The notes: generated by a model not told the origin, from the sequence alone. Numbered from the whole stretch's first letter, positions 11,404 through 22,618 are shown. The stretch: 63,720 bases of DNA, filler included, from Psammoneis japonica (GCA_008632985.1; 3 parts of 3 records of this genome joined end to end with filler, not necessarily neighbours in it); one strand, 5' to 3'. Translations and numbers: made by a program.

Positions 11404-13034
11404 ATGGCGGAGGACAACATCGTTGCGTCTGGCAAAGCAGAGGATGCAGCAGCTCCGGAAGTCATGGCAGAACTCACGGGCGCCGAAGGCGCGGCGGCAG
11501 CTGCCATGACTGCACTTGGCGCCGAGGGAAGTGCCGAGGGTGTGTCCGTCGAGTCCGAACGCGCAAGGATGTCGGAGAAGCCGGCGCAGTCCCAAACTGA
11601 AAAGAGGGAGAAAGCCGTGCCGCCGGAGCCAACCTTTCAAATTTGTGGTTGGAATGAAGCACAGCAGCTGGGTTGCACCGCCGAGCAGCTCCTTGAGGCC
11701 GGTTGCAAGATCGAGTTGGTGGGTGATCAGGCCACCTTTGTGAAACCGGAGGTCCCACCTTTTTGCAGCGGCAAAAGCGAGGAGGCAGCCAAGCCCGCGG
11801 CCAAAGTGGTCGCGAAAGCAACGGCGGAAGAGGAAGAAGAAGGAAAGCAATTTCCGGACCCCAACGATCCGTCATTCGACTTGTGGGACTGGGTGTTGCG
11901 GCACGAAAAATCCGATAAATTCCAGGAGTCCATGTGCCTGATGAAGGATGCGCCGAATGATCCCGACCTCTGGTTCCCCGCGCTGGGAGAACTGGGGTGC
12001 ATCAGGAGCGACCCTGAAGCCGTCGCGAATGCTCACGGCGAACACTGCAAGTGGGTGTGGAGGTGCCGCACGGAAGTCGGCGAGAGGGGCATCCCAGACT
12101 CGATGCCGAAGAGCAACAAAGTGTTCAAGACCGCCGTCGAGGCTTTCGAAGCGGGGTGGTCGCTCGCACTGGTCCATCTCGTGAAGAGAGCAAGTGCAGA
12201 AGTGTGCACATTTGGATGAGGCGCCGTGTCACTTCAACCTGCGTTGTTTTGCCTCGAAAAGTCCGTTCGCTCCGCAGGCCCCAAGGAGGTGGAGGTGGGC
12301 GAGCTGCGCGCATCGCAACGGAGGGGCGCAGGCATTGGTTTTTTTGCTTTGCGCCAGTTCCAGAAAGGCAGTGCGGTTGGAATCTACGTGGGCCCCAGGG
12401 TGCCCGGTACGACGAGGAGCTGCTCGTGGTACGACCACGACAGCAAGTTTGGAGAAGACCACAGCGTGTGCTGCTCCACCATCCGTGACAGCGAGGGCTG
12501 CACGTCACAGTGGAGCCAAAACCGCTTGATTTTAGCGGTCCAGGGAACAAGAATTCCCATCCACTCTACCTCGGAATGCACTGCGTGAACGATGCCACCG
12601 AGTCGTTCAAGGACAAGAAGAAGATCAAGGCAAGCCAACACGCGGACAACAACTGCGAGTTCTACAACGACGGGTGCTTGGCAGTCACGAAGCGAATCAT
12701 GCCCGGGGAGGAATTTCTCTGCAGATGCAACTTGGACGAATCGGAGAAGAAGAAGAAGAAGAGGAAGGCGACGTCGGGTGCCATGAATCGGAAGAAGAAA
12801 TCGCGTCTACTCCCCAAGTCGGGGGGAGAAGCTCTGCGTCTGGCAAAACGTTTGCCGTGTAGTGTGCTCTGTAAATTAGCAGCACAGTGTGTTGGTGTTT
12901 TTCAGCGAAACTGCAGCATTAGTTGGAAAGGCGTAGCCCCAGTTGTGGTTCGAAAAATGGGAACGAGGAAGAACAGAAAGTCGGTAAATTTGCGCAAATC
13001 TGGTGAATTGGTTGGCACCTGCACAGTCGCCTGA
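11404..13034 (+). pseudogene. SET-domain (histone lysine methyltransferase-like) gene, decayed
   Basis: GAGIGFFALRQFQKGSAVGIYVG (SET motif I). After a frameshift near 12505: LYLGMHCVND (NH-motif equivalent) and KRIMPGEEFLCRCN (GEELxxxY motif, with Cys at the expected Tyr). The upstream 316-aa ORF 11269-12219 contains no Tyr. Probable intron ~12190-12277. Confidence 0.7.
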
Positions 13035-13099
13035 GTACAGAAAGTCAGCAAATTTACGCAAATTTAGCAAGTTATTTTGCACTGTCACAGTCGCCTGAG
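12973..13099. repeat. 64-bp tandem direct repeat between the convergent SET and TET/JBP-like genes
   Basis: acagaaagtcggtaaatttgcgcaaat...cacagtcgcctgag (12973-13035) and acagaaagtcagcaaatttacgcaaat...cacagtcgcctgag (13037-13099). Confidence 0.85.
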
Positions 13100-14517
13100 A
13101 ATGGTCTCTTCCTCTAGAGAAAGGGGGATTGAATTGTTGTTCTTGCCCACTGCAGCACTCTTCAGGCAGAGAGACACGCAGAAGAACTCGTCGTTTGAGT
13201 TTGTCCTGCTGGAGATGCAGTGGCACTTGGTGGGGTTAAAAATGATGACATCACCAAGCCGGAGTGCAACGGAGATGCCTTCGGCAGGGAAGCAGAAGTG
13301 CGCCACAATCCCGTCATTCATGGTGTGGCTGCCGGACGGAGGGACTCCCACCACGGTGACTGCTGACAGGAAGAAGTCCTGGTCCCGATGGGCGTTGAGG
13401 AAGACATTGCGCCCAGCCGCCAGAGAGGAGAAAATGCCATCTGACCGCACCAGGGATTTCCAGTTGTGAAACTTTTTGACACGAGCGACACCCTCAAGGA
13501 TGGCACAGTCCACGCACTCATTGACAAGGTGCTCCATGCGTGAAAGAAGTCTGGTGAGGTGGTGAGTGTGTTGGTCGGCTGTGCCAGGCTGCTTGCAAGA
13601 AATTCGAGCGTCCTCGTGGCAGCCAGGCCAATCGTGGAATGCTTGCTCCTGTCCGTCTCCATGAAGGTAACGCGTTGTTTGCCGCGCACGGTGGACTGGG
13701 CGGTGCAGCATTCTAGTGCTTCGAGCGCTCGGCACTGAGCAACCAGTTCTGCTGGGTTGGGGGAGCTGAACACCACAGCAGAACGCGGCAGCAGGGTGCA
13801 GGTGTTGTCGCAGCGGCAACCGTCCAAGCCAAAGAAAGGCTTCAGATCGAGCACAGGGTCACAGACGACCAGAGGAGCCAATTCGGCAAAGTCAATGTCA
13901 GCAAGACAAGGTGGTGCAGGCTGAGTGTAGTCGCCGTTATAAACTGGAGTGCGGTTGGCTATGCAGTGCATGGAGAGACTCTTAGTGGCACATGGTGCGA
14001 GTGGAATGAGGCGAGCAATCTTGGATGTTTTCCTGCTGGCGCGGCTGCGGATTCGCCTGCGGCTGCGGTGGGCCTTGCGAAGTGGCGGTTGAGCCCTCAA
14101 CACGTTCTCATGTGTCCTGGTGCGCATTGACGATGCGGTGTTCGCAGAGAACGTGTGTGCGAACTTGCCGGCAAATGTTCCGCTGCTTGACACTGTCACT
14201 GTCGTCTCAACAGTGCCCAAAGCAGAACTCTGTCGACAGGGACCGGCGGACTCCAGGGGAGTGGGGTCAAAACCCAATCGAGAGATGTGTCTGCTTTCCG
14301 TTGCCTCAAGAGCACCCAAAGCAAAACTCTGTTGACAGGGACCGGCGGACTCCAGGGGAGTGGGGTCGAAACCCAATCGCGAGAAGCATTTGCTTGTTGT
14401 CGGGCTGCGAGCTGCACGTCCCAAACCCCCACACTGTCGAGACCGGCTGTAACTCGATCGCGACAAGTGCTTGTCGTTGGCAGGACGACGCAGCGAGGCA
14501 CGAGGTAGTTGCGACAT
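13085..14517 (-). pseudogene. TET/JBP-like 2OG-Fe(II) dioxygenase (nucleic-acid base-modifying family), decayed/frameshifted
   Basis: IFSSLAAGRNVFLNAHRDQDFFLS (HxD) ... HFCFPAEGISVALRLGDVIIFNPTKCHCISSR (distal His) ... FFCVSLCLKSAAVGKNNN fits the double-stranded beta-helix layout of TET/JBP proteins. ORFs 13318-14529 and 13085-13819 join by a frameshift near 13605. Confidence 0.72.
14206..14395. repeat. 99-bp (33-codon) in-frame tandem duplication in the N-terminal part of the TET/JBP-like gene
   Basis: SRLGFDPTPLESAGPC occurs twice, 33 aa apart; cccaaagca at 14216 and 14315. Confidence 0.9.
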
Positions 14518-14847
14518 GGTGTGTCTCAATTTGAAATGTGTTTCAAAATGTGATGACGGAAGTGTTGTCGCGTTGTTTTTGTCTCCGCGGAGGGAGGATC
14601 ATCCCACGGCAATCTCAGTGCGAGTTCTCGCGTAGAAGTGCGTTGCGTGCCGTGCCAGCTCGTGCGTTTGAATTACACGGACACACAAGTGCGGCAACGA
14701 TGAGAAGCAGGCTGAGATTCAAAACAAATTTTACCGCCTGAAGGCGTCTTGTCATTTCAACGCGTCTGCACATCTGTTTAAAATGACTTCACACGTCGCT
14801 CCATGCGCAGGTAGAGGCAGCACACCGCGTTTGAAAATTTCGCGCGC

Positions 14848-15404
14848 GTGGAGGGCGCGACGGTAATTTTACGCATTCTGCGCACGTCACAGTTTGGTTT
14901 GGAAATGCGACGTCTGGTCGAACCCGCTGCAAGCAAGGTTGATGTTGCCACAAGGTTGGATGCGATGAACCATCGTTGCAGAAGTGTTGGGGAGTTTTGT
15001 CTTCAAACGGCTCCGGACTCCGCGTTCCAGAGCAGGCGTGTCTCCGGAGACGGAAGCGGATCTTCGCACGGCGGCGAAGTTGGCTTCGCTTTGAGCAGCG
15101 AAGTGTTTTTGAACGAACGCCTTCTTGGCGTGAATCACACCTGCGATGCATCTGTCGACATGGGCGGGGGAGTTGCCGGACCCAGCATCGGGCTCAAGTT
15201 ACTTCGTCGCCGTTGCACCGTGGTGAGCATCGAGGCCGACCACGATCGTCACCAAGAGGCTGTACGTTGGGCTCATCGTGCTGGCCTTCGCTCGAACGGC
15301 GGGTTAGAGTTGATCAACAAGTCATTCTTGGACGAGAGGCTGGCTCCTTTGTGGAAAAAGAAAGGACTCAAGGTGTTCTTCAACAACTGCAACTCCCGCA
15401 TGGT
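14848..15404 (+). pseudogene. DOT1-like class I SAM-dependent methyltransferase fragment (truncated by gap)
   Basis: VDMGGGVAGPS (motif I), VVSIEADHDRHQEA (acidic post-I motif), ELINKSFLD (GDFL-like) and KVFFNN (DOT1-type vfxNN) in the expected order and spacing. Runs into the N gap at 15405. Confidence 0.55.
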
Positions 15405-15851
15405 NNNNNNNNNNNNNNNNNNNNNNNNNNNNNNNNNNNNNNNNNNNNNNNNNNNNNNNNNNNNNNNNNNNNNNNNNNNNNNNNNNNNNNNNNNNNNNNN
15501 NNNNNNNNNNNNNNNNNNNNNNNNNNNNNNNNNNNNNNNNNNNNNNNNNNNNNNNNNNNNNNNNNNNNNNNNNNNNNNNNNNNNNNNNNNNNNNNNNNNN
15601 NNNNNNNNNNNNNNNNNNNNNNNNNNNNNNNNNNNNNNNNNNNNNNNNNNNNNNNNNNNNNNNNNNNNNNNNNNNNNNNNNNNNNNNNNNNNNNNNNNNN
15701 NNNNNNNNNNNNNNNNNNNNNNNNNNNNNNNNNNNNNNNNNNNNNNNNNNNNNNNNNNNNNNNNNNNNNNNNNNNNNNNNNNNNNNNNNNNNNNNNNNNN
15801 NNNNNNNNNNNNNNNNNNNNNNNNNNNNNNNNNNNNNNNNNNNNNNNNNNN

Positions 15852-18790
15852 GCTCCATCAAAGAGACAGCCACAATTGGAGGGTCTGACCCAGGCAACAC
15901 CTCATGTTGGTCATGTTGAATTTGTCCAAGAGGAGGAAGGCACAGAGACAACAAACTTGAAAACAGCTGTTGCAATGCTCACCATGCAAAGCAAGATGAT
16001 TTGTCACCTCTGCCAGAAGATGGAAATGCTGCAGAGGGAGGCAAAATGCCGGTGGCTCTTGTTTGAAGGCTGTCACAGCAGAAAAAAGATGAGGAAACAA
16101 ACCTTGCAACAAACAAACACTCTGCAAGCAAAAACACTGTTGAACAGTGCCCAGACCTCATGAGGAATTTTGCTCTCATGCATGCATGAGAACCCAAGAA
16201 ACTTGCCTCCAAAAAGCATCCCATGATCTGTTGCAAGAAGCGTGCTTGTCTGGTCTTCTGTGAATTGCAGACCTCCAGCAGAGTCAATCCAGCATCCAAA
16301 GACAAGCTCAGCTCCAGCACTGTGGATCTGAGATCATCTGCATGTTGGAAATCCAAACAAAGTCCATTGCTTTTGCTCATGTTTGTGAAGGCCTCATTGC
16401 TGCTGCAGCACTTGTTTGCTCAAAAACTCTTGAATGGCCAGACTTCAGCACAGCTGTTGCAGCACTGCTTTGACATGAAACAACAAAGCAAGAAGTTGAG
16501 TTGATCAAGAGCCATTTTGTGGCAATGACGTGCATGCACAACAGCTGATGTTTGGTGCAAGGTGCCTGTGAGATGCTGTTTGATGATCTTGGATTTCTTA
16601 GAAGCAAGGTGCTGAGGCTGCTGATGGTGGCACAAAATGACCAAGATGTTCTAAGTCAGATGTTTGCTCCCACACCATGTGGCTGTCAGCAAACAAAGTG
16701 CAAAGTGAAAGAGTTGAGAAAATGCTCAGTTTGAACAAAACAAAGTTGCCATCTCATTCAAGCTCCTGGCTTTCAACAGAAGACATCAAAGACAAGTTGC
16801 TGGAAGACCAACTAACATCGATGTGCTGCCAGTTTTCTGTTGCAAAATTTGAAAGCTTCCCCCAGTTCTTGGTGGCCTTTGTTCATGTTGGAGCTCTCAT
16901 CTGTTTTGTGTGATGAAGAGAACAGACAATTGGTGAGTTCACGCAAGACAGCCTGCCAGCAGCAAGCAATGTGGGAGCTTTTTTTGCACATGATGAGCCA
17001 AACTTACAATGGAAGAAAAGAGCTTGTGCAAAGTGCAACCTGACAAAGGTGGCAAACACATCAAATGCAAAATTTGAAAATGGTTTTTGAATGGCTGAAA
17101 ATTGCAACAGCCTTGAGTTTCTTTGACTCAAATGCTTTGCACTTGAGGACAGTGCAGCTGGTGACAGCATTTTTGATTTTGGCTCGGGCAGTGCTGGGAG
17201 CACTCTTGAGAATGCAAAGTTGTGGAAAGCCACAGGTGCAATGAAAGAGAAACAGCTTTCAATGGTGGGGCTTTCATTTGAACTTGTGTGTGACTTGGTG
17301 ATTGTGCCACTGGACAACCCTGGGTTTGAGAGCTGTGCCATGGTTGTGCTGGCCAAGACTGAGTGAAAGAGCAGTTGACCAAAACACACTGCAGCTCTTT
17401 GTCATGTGGCACCCATCATTGCTGGTTGCTGGGGTGGAGGCCCCCATTTTTTGTGATTGGAGCACTGACAGCCAAAGTGAGTGCTTTGTGCACTGCACAT
17501 TTTTTCTGTGGCACTGGCAATGGGAGACATTGTTTGTTTGTCAGAGCTTGTCAGCTGGTGCAAAATTTGTGGCCAGCTGAAGAGCAATGAGTTTCTTCTG
17601 TCACATTTCTTCCAGACCATTGATCCTTTTGCAAGAGCTGATTTTCCCATTTCCCATTTGTTCCACGTGCAGGTGGGCTTTGTCACAAATAATTTTTGCT
17701 CCCAATCAAGCACAAATGGGTCACAACAAAGCTGAGTGATCCTGGCAAAATCCAACCAAAGCCAAACCACAACTGGCGCTGCCCTGTTGACAAATGTTTC
17801 ACCACACAGTTTCATGGACATCAGCAAACTGGAGCCCACAATTGGGAAAGTGAGCTCACCCTGCCCAGGGCTGCAAATTTGTTTAAAGTCCACAAATGTC
17901 CCAGGGCTCCATTGACTCAAAAGTGTCATTGCTCAACAACGCGCTCAACACCTCATGAGTTCAGTCAATTTCCAGAATGTGTTTGCCATCTGCAGACCCA
18001 ATGATGCAAAGACCCTTTTGCCGTGTGAGTTTTCACTGTTTGCAAACAGCTCCTGAAATGAGATGATGAAGAACTCCTGGGTTCTCTGCAATGCACCTGG
18101 TCCCACTGAGTGCTTGCAAACAAGGGCGGGGGTTGGGCAAAGGAAAAAACTCAACAGCGCCCCTTTGGCCAGTCATTTGGAAATCATGTTGAAGCCCTGC
18201 CAGTGCAGGGCCCCAGACATGCCATCCATCAAAGGGATGAGTTGTGAGAGACTGAGTGTTTTGTCATGTGCAGCGCTGTCTGTTTCAAACCTGGAAGCCC
18301 CCCATTGCCTTTCTTGTGCTTCTTTGCTGAGGCCAGAGAAGTTGATCTAAGGACACACCCTCATTGTTGCAACAAGCAGCACAGGAGAGCTGAGGCATGA
18401 AACAGCACATCAACAGGAACAAGCAGAGCTCACACTGGCACTGTGCACCATTTTAGTTGGATGATGCAGATGGCGACATGACCTTCCATGCAGCAACAAT
18501 GGAAGCATCATGCATGCCACCCGTGCAATAAAAAGCGAAGTCGAAAACGCAATGAAATGTGCAGCAGCACTGCAAAATGCTGGCCCTTTTAATCAAAACT
18601 GCAAAGCCACGGATAACACAAACAAAGCACGATAACCTAAAAGGAAGATGCTGCAGTGCGAAAATACTTTCTTGTCACATTCTAATTGCAGATTAAAAGA
18701 TGTGACACATTCCACAAAACCAAAGAGAATTCTCCAGGCCTCGTCACTGACACGTGCGACGCCAAAGCGTCAAACCTCCACAAACCTAGG
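15852..18790. mobile_element. Heavily degenerate region depleted in TpA and CpG (probable transposon relic)
   Basis: Same composition as 200-5052. No intact ORF. Composition returns to normal near 18800. Confidence 0.5.
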
Positions 18791-18952
18791 ACATTCCTCT
18801 TGAGTTAGAGAGTGACATCGAAACACTCTGCACCGCTCCATATAACGGTCCTTTGTGTAACAATGGGCGTCATAGCACTTTTCAAAAGTACAAGTATAGC
18901 AAAAGGAGCCTTGTCAGGTCTCACACAATCGACAACGAAAGAGATGAAATGG

Positions 18953-19348
18953 TCACGAACGCATGCTCACCTTTTGACAGATCTGGCATGTCCTATACTC
19001 GTCTTCGTCTGCAATGGTTCGACATGATGGGATGTCGGCTTCTGGTCGTACTTTGGTGAGATGCCTCGGCGAGGAATCTGCCGCATCCATTGAGTTCTTT
19101 CTAAAATTGGTCATTCCTAATTTTTCATTTTTCAATGAGGCGGCAACATCAAAAGTCAGAAATCTTGCGAAATAGAATGCATGGACTAATAGAGATACGA
19201 CGGTGTACCATCCCTCAAGGAACACGATGATGCTGCTCCTCTTATACCCTTCACTCGTCAAACTCGTACCTTCCTCTGCACGAGCAAGAAAACTGATCAG
19301 AAGGATCAGAAGGATGAAAAACAACTGTGCCTGGTGAGCGATCCTCAT
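18953..19348 (-). CDS. Possible small signal-peptide/transmembrane protein (first exon)
   Basis: MRIAHQAQLFFILLILLISFLARA (signal-like), a second hydrophobic segment and a possible GTGAG donor at ~18970. Normal dinucleotide composition. Confidence 0.3.
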   Translation of the reverse strand: MRIAHQAQLFFILLILLISFLARAEEGTSLTSEGYKRSSIIVFLEGWYTVVSLLVHAFYFARFLTFDVAASLKNEKLGMTNFRKNSMDAADSSPRHLTKVRPEADIPSCRTIADEDEYRTCQICQKVSMRS

Positions 19349-19584
19349 TGTCAAACCAGTTTGTTGAAGCAAATACGATACACGAAGCTCGGAAGGGTAG
19401 CTACCGTAGCACAAGTAAGCAAGAGTGTAGGTCGGTCAGCCCAACAATACACTTGCGTTATTTTGCAAGAGGATGATTTTGTGACCGTGTTTTCGATCGA
19501 TGACTCTCCTCTATGTCTTTCAGGACTAAAGATTTAAGCCCCAAAGCTTCAACGCAGAGGGAAATGACTCGATGTAGAAGTACC

Positions 19585-19695
19585 GTACTGTAGCTGGCAT
19601 CTAATTTTGTGCCCTCTACTATACTCTCTCTAGCTAGCTACTCTACTCTAGCTACTACTATTAGAGAGCTCTACTACTAGTAGAGAGAGCTCTAG

Positions 19696-19729
<34 letters not shown>

Positions 19730-19803
19730 CAGTATAGAGAGAGAGCTCTACTCTAGACTAGGTTACACTAGACTTAATTTTTTTAGCTAGCCCTCTAGAG
19801 AGT
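19585..19803. repeat. TAG/CTA/AGAG low-complexity intergenic tract with (AG)n core
   Basis: ctctctctagctagctactctactctagctactacta...tagagagagctctagagtagagagagag. Similar tracts at 6631-6664, 21935-22220, 36420-36452 and 43760-43865. Confidence 0.85.
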
Positions 19804-20335
19804 CTGTGAGATTGAAAGCAATCCGGTAGCACAAGCTGCAGGCCAATCCACGCGTCTATCACAACCAAACTTTTCGATAACATCAAGCATAAATTTCACT
19901 TTTTTCTTTTTTTTGGTACGGCGAAGCATCCACAACAATGAGAATAGTGTAACGCGAAGAAATTAAAGAAAATTGAAAATCTTGACCATCACCACACCAT
20001 TAGTCTGCGAATCGATCCTATGCCAACGCGAAAGTTCAAATGGGATTTGCAAAAAGTTTGATTGAAAACTAGATGAAGATAAAGTGCAAAATAAGTTTGT
20101 TGACGTTGGTTGACTTGCCGTCATGTGATACCATCTTAGCGCGTAGCAATACCGATGATTATTACTGTTTCTTATCTTTCACTTGTACTATTAAGAATTA
20201 AGAAAGGGACATAAGATGTTACCATGCAACAAGAATTAAAAGCATTTCTAGATAGATGTATCTCGCTACATAACCTATATCCTTTCCTATTTCCACCCGA
20301 GACTGTACAACCCGACACTCAACCGCTCTACTTGT

Positions 20336-21717
20336 TTAGAATCCAAAGTCACCATCATCAAACCCATACTCGGAATCGTCGGCAGAGTCGTCATCGCCAT
20401 CGGAGTCACTGTCGTCATGATCCAAATTAGCCGCCTCTTCAAAGTTGTTCAATTCAACAAAGTCTACCTTCCATCGTAAGATGCCGCCAATGCCACCAAA
20501 ACCCTTTACGAATTGCGTGCCTTCTCCACTACGGTCGGTGACAAACTCCAAGTTGCAACCAAAGTTCTTGTAGTTGTTCGCGAACCATTCCACAAGGGAT
20601 TCCTCTTCGACAACCTCCAATTCAACTCCCGTTTCAGGGTCACGGAAAAACGATTCGTTTTGTTCCTGCTCCTTGGTTAGGTGAACCACCTTGTCTTCGC
20701 CGGTGGATGTGTTCCTCAAAACATACCGAGTCACTGCGAGGCTGTCATAGATGATGAGGTCTTCGACTGCACCCAACTCAAGCGCCTTGAGTGTGTCATC
20801 CACCATGAAACAGTACTTGCCCGTGTCTTGAGAGATTTCGTCCATGTATCTCTGGAGCAGCTTCTTTTCCTTCATGAGCTTGACGCTGCTCAAGGTATCA
20901 GCAGCCAACTCAATGGCTTGGTTAAAGCCGTGCTCACCACCATAAGATACGTCCACCATTTTGAGTACAATCTTGGACAGACGCTGGTCAAAGAGATCGG
21001 AACGCATGAGTTCCGCCTTGAAATCGGCGGATCCCGCCAATACCAAGCCTTGCACATTTGGACGCTGTCCGTCCGTAACAAAAAGCTGCGTCGCCAACTC
21101 TGCCACTTTTCGGACATAGTTGTGTCGCTTCTCTAGACGGAGACGAGCAAAACGCAAGGCAGACTGCCCACCACGTCCGTGCTTCTTTGGCAAGTCTACA
21201 CTAAACTTGTGCAGAATCTCGCGATTCGAGCCCTGAACCGTTCCGTAGAGAGTACCATTACCGTCCATGACGATGAACCCAAAGGCTTCGTCGTCCATCA
21301 ACAATTCATTCAGATCTTCGGTATGGAACTTGTTATCGCATAAGTAGAGCGACGTGTTGATGGGCTTAAAGGGCTCAAAGTCAATGTTGACGCGGCGTTC
21401 CTTTCCGTCGTCTGTAATCACGGTCCCGCAATAAATCACCAATCCGTTCTTCGGGCACTTGGAGTACAGCTTCAGACGCTGCTGCGTACTGGTGATGGCA
21501 CCCAACACACTCAAACGATTTACACGACTCTTGATGTTACTAGCTGTACCGTATTCGTCTGAAAGCATCTTGTTCACGCGGCTAATTTGATCTCCGGGAG
21601 GAATAATGAGAGAAATCATCGACGTGCCGTTTCCTCGGGCTTCCTGCAGTTTCTTGATTAATTTTTAACCTTGAAGATTTCAATTTGTTGATCCGTATCA
21701 TCTTTGTTGTTCGACAT
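20336..21717 (-). CDS. eRF1: Eukaryotic peptide chain release factor 1
   Basis: TASNIKS, YLCDNKF and [14 protein letters not shown] motifs; acidic C-tail; intronless. The N-terminus [18 protein letters not shown] joins the main ORF only if one A is added to the A-run near 21662-21666. Confidence 0.97.
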
Positions 21718-21934
21718 GATGTTTGCTAAGCGTCGTTCTCTGTTATATCAAAGGAGGGCGAGGGACTTGAAGACAAATTATGGCAAACGCGAAACACGAT
21801 GCAATGCGGACGTGTTTTTGCGACTGGCTCGGTGTGAATGCAGAAGACGCTCCTGATGAAAGCCGATACCAGAACAGGTTATGAAACCCTGCTGTTACCA
21901 CCACCAACGCAACGATCGTCATGGGTAATGAGCA

Positions 21935-22220
21935 CTACTCCTCTACCTGTAGTCTCTCTGTGGAGAGTAGCTCTCTAGCTAGAGTAGAGAGTACTGTAGC
22001 TACTTAGATCTCTAGAGTATAGTAGCTAGAGTCGTATAGCAGAGTAGAGAGTAGAGAATAGAGTACAGTCGTTTAGACTGGACTCTCTCTAGCTAGAGTT
22101 GTAGTAGTAGACGTATAACACAGCGGGCAAAGGCCCAACAGAGCGAGCTCGAGAAAAAATGGATGCAACCGGCACCTCAAATTCACTCTACCGTCTAAGA
22201 TCTAGTCTCCTCTGTCTCTC
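21935..22220. repeat. TAG/CTA/AGAG low-complexity tract upstream of eRF1
   Basis: tggagagtagctctctagctagagtagagagtactgtagctacttagatctctagagtatagtagctagag... Confidence 0.8.
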
Positions 22221-22320
22221 NNNNNNNNNNNNNNNNNNNNNNNNNNNNNNNNNNNNNNNNNNNNTTAATTAATTAANNNNNNNNNNNNNNNNNNNNNNNN
22301 NNNNNNNNNNNNNNNNNNNN
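22221..22320. other. Artificial 100-nt contig spacer (N44-TTAATTAATTAA-N44)
   Basis: Six-frame-stop linker centred in Ns; identical structure at 44111-44210. Confidence 0.95.
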
Positions 22321-22618
22321 ACGTTGTGCGAAAGAACGCATAAGCAGAAAAGGCAATCGTTAGAAGAGGAAAAGATAATATTCAATTGTAAGTGTCATTT
22401 TTCAGCAGACGAAATTCTGAATCCTTCTGATTTCGGTCCAACTCGTTTCCCGCGTTGTCGGAGGGAGGTTTCAGTTTCAGACACGTGAGCTCTTTTTTTG
22501 TGACGTCGTGGAATCCTACGCGTGGGTCTCGTATGTACTCACATTTTCGATTTTTTCGTTGTCACCAAATTTCTTTGAAAAATTGGCCTTCTCTTGTTTA
22601 ACGACAGAAAAGAATCTC

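Noticed and set aside
22265..22276. TTAATTAATTAA palindrome inside N runs (also 44155-44166)
   Set aside because: Artificial six-frame-stop contig linker. Adjacency across these points should not be treated as real synteny.
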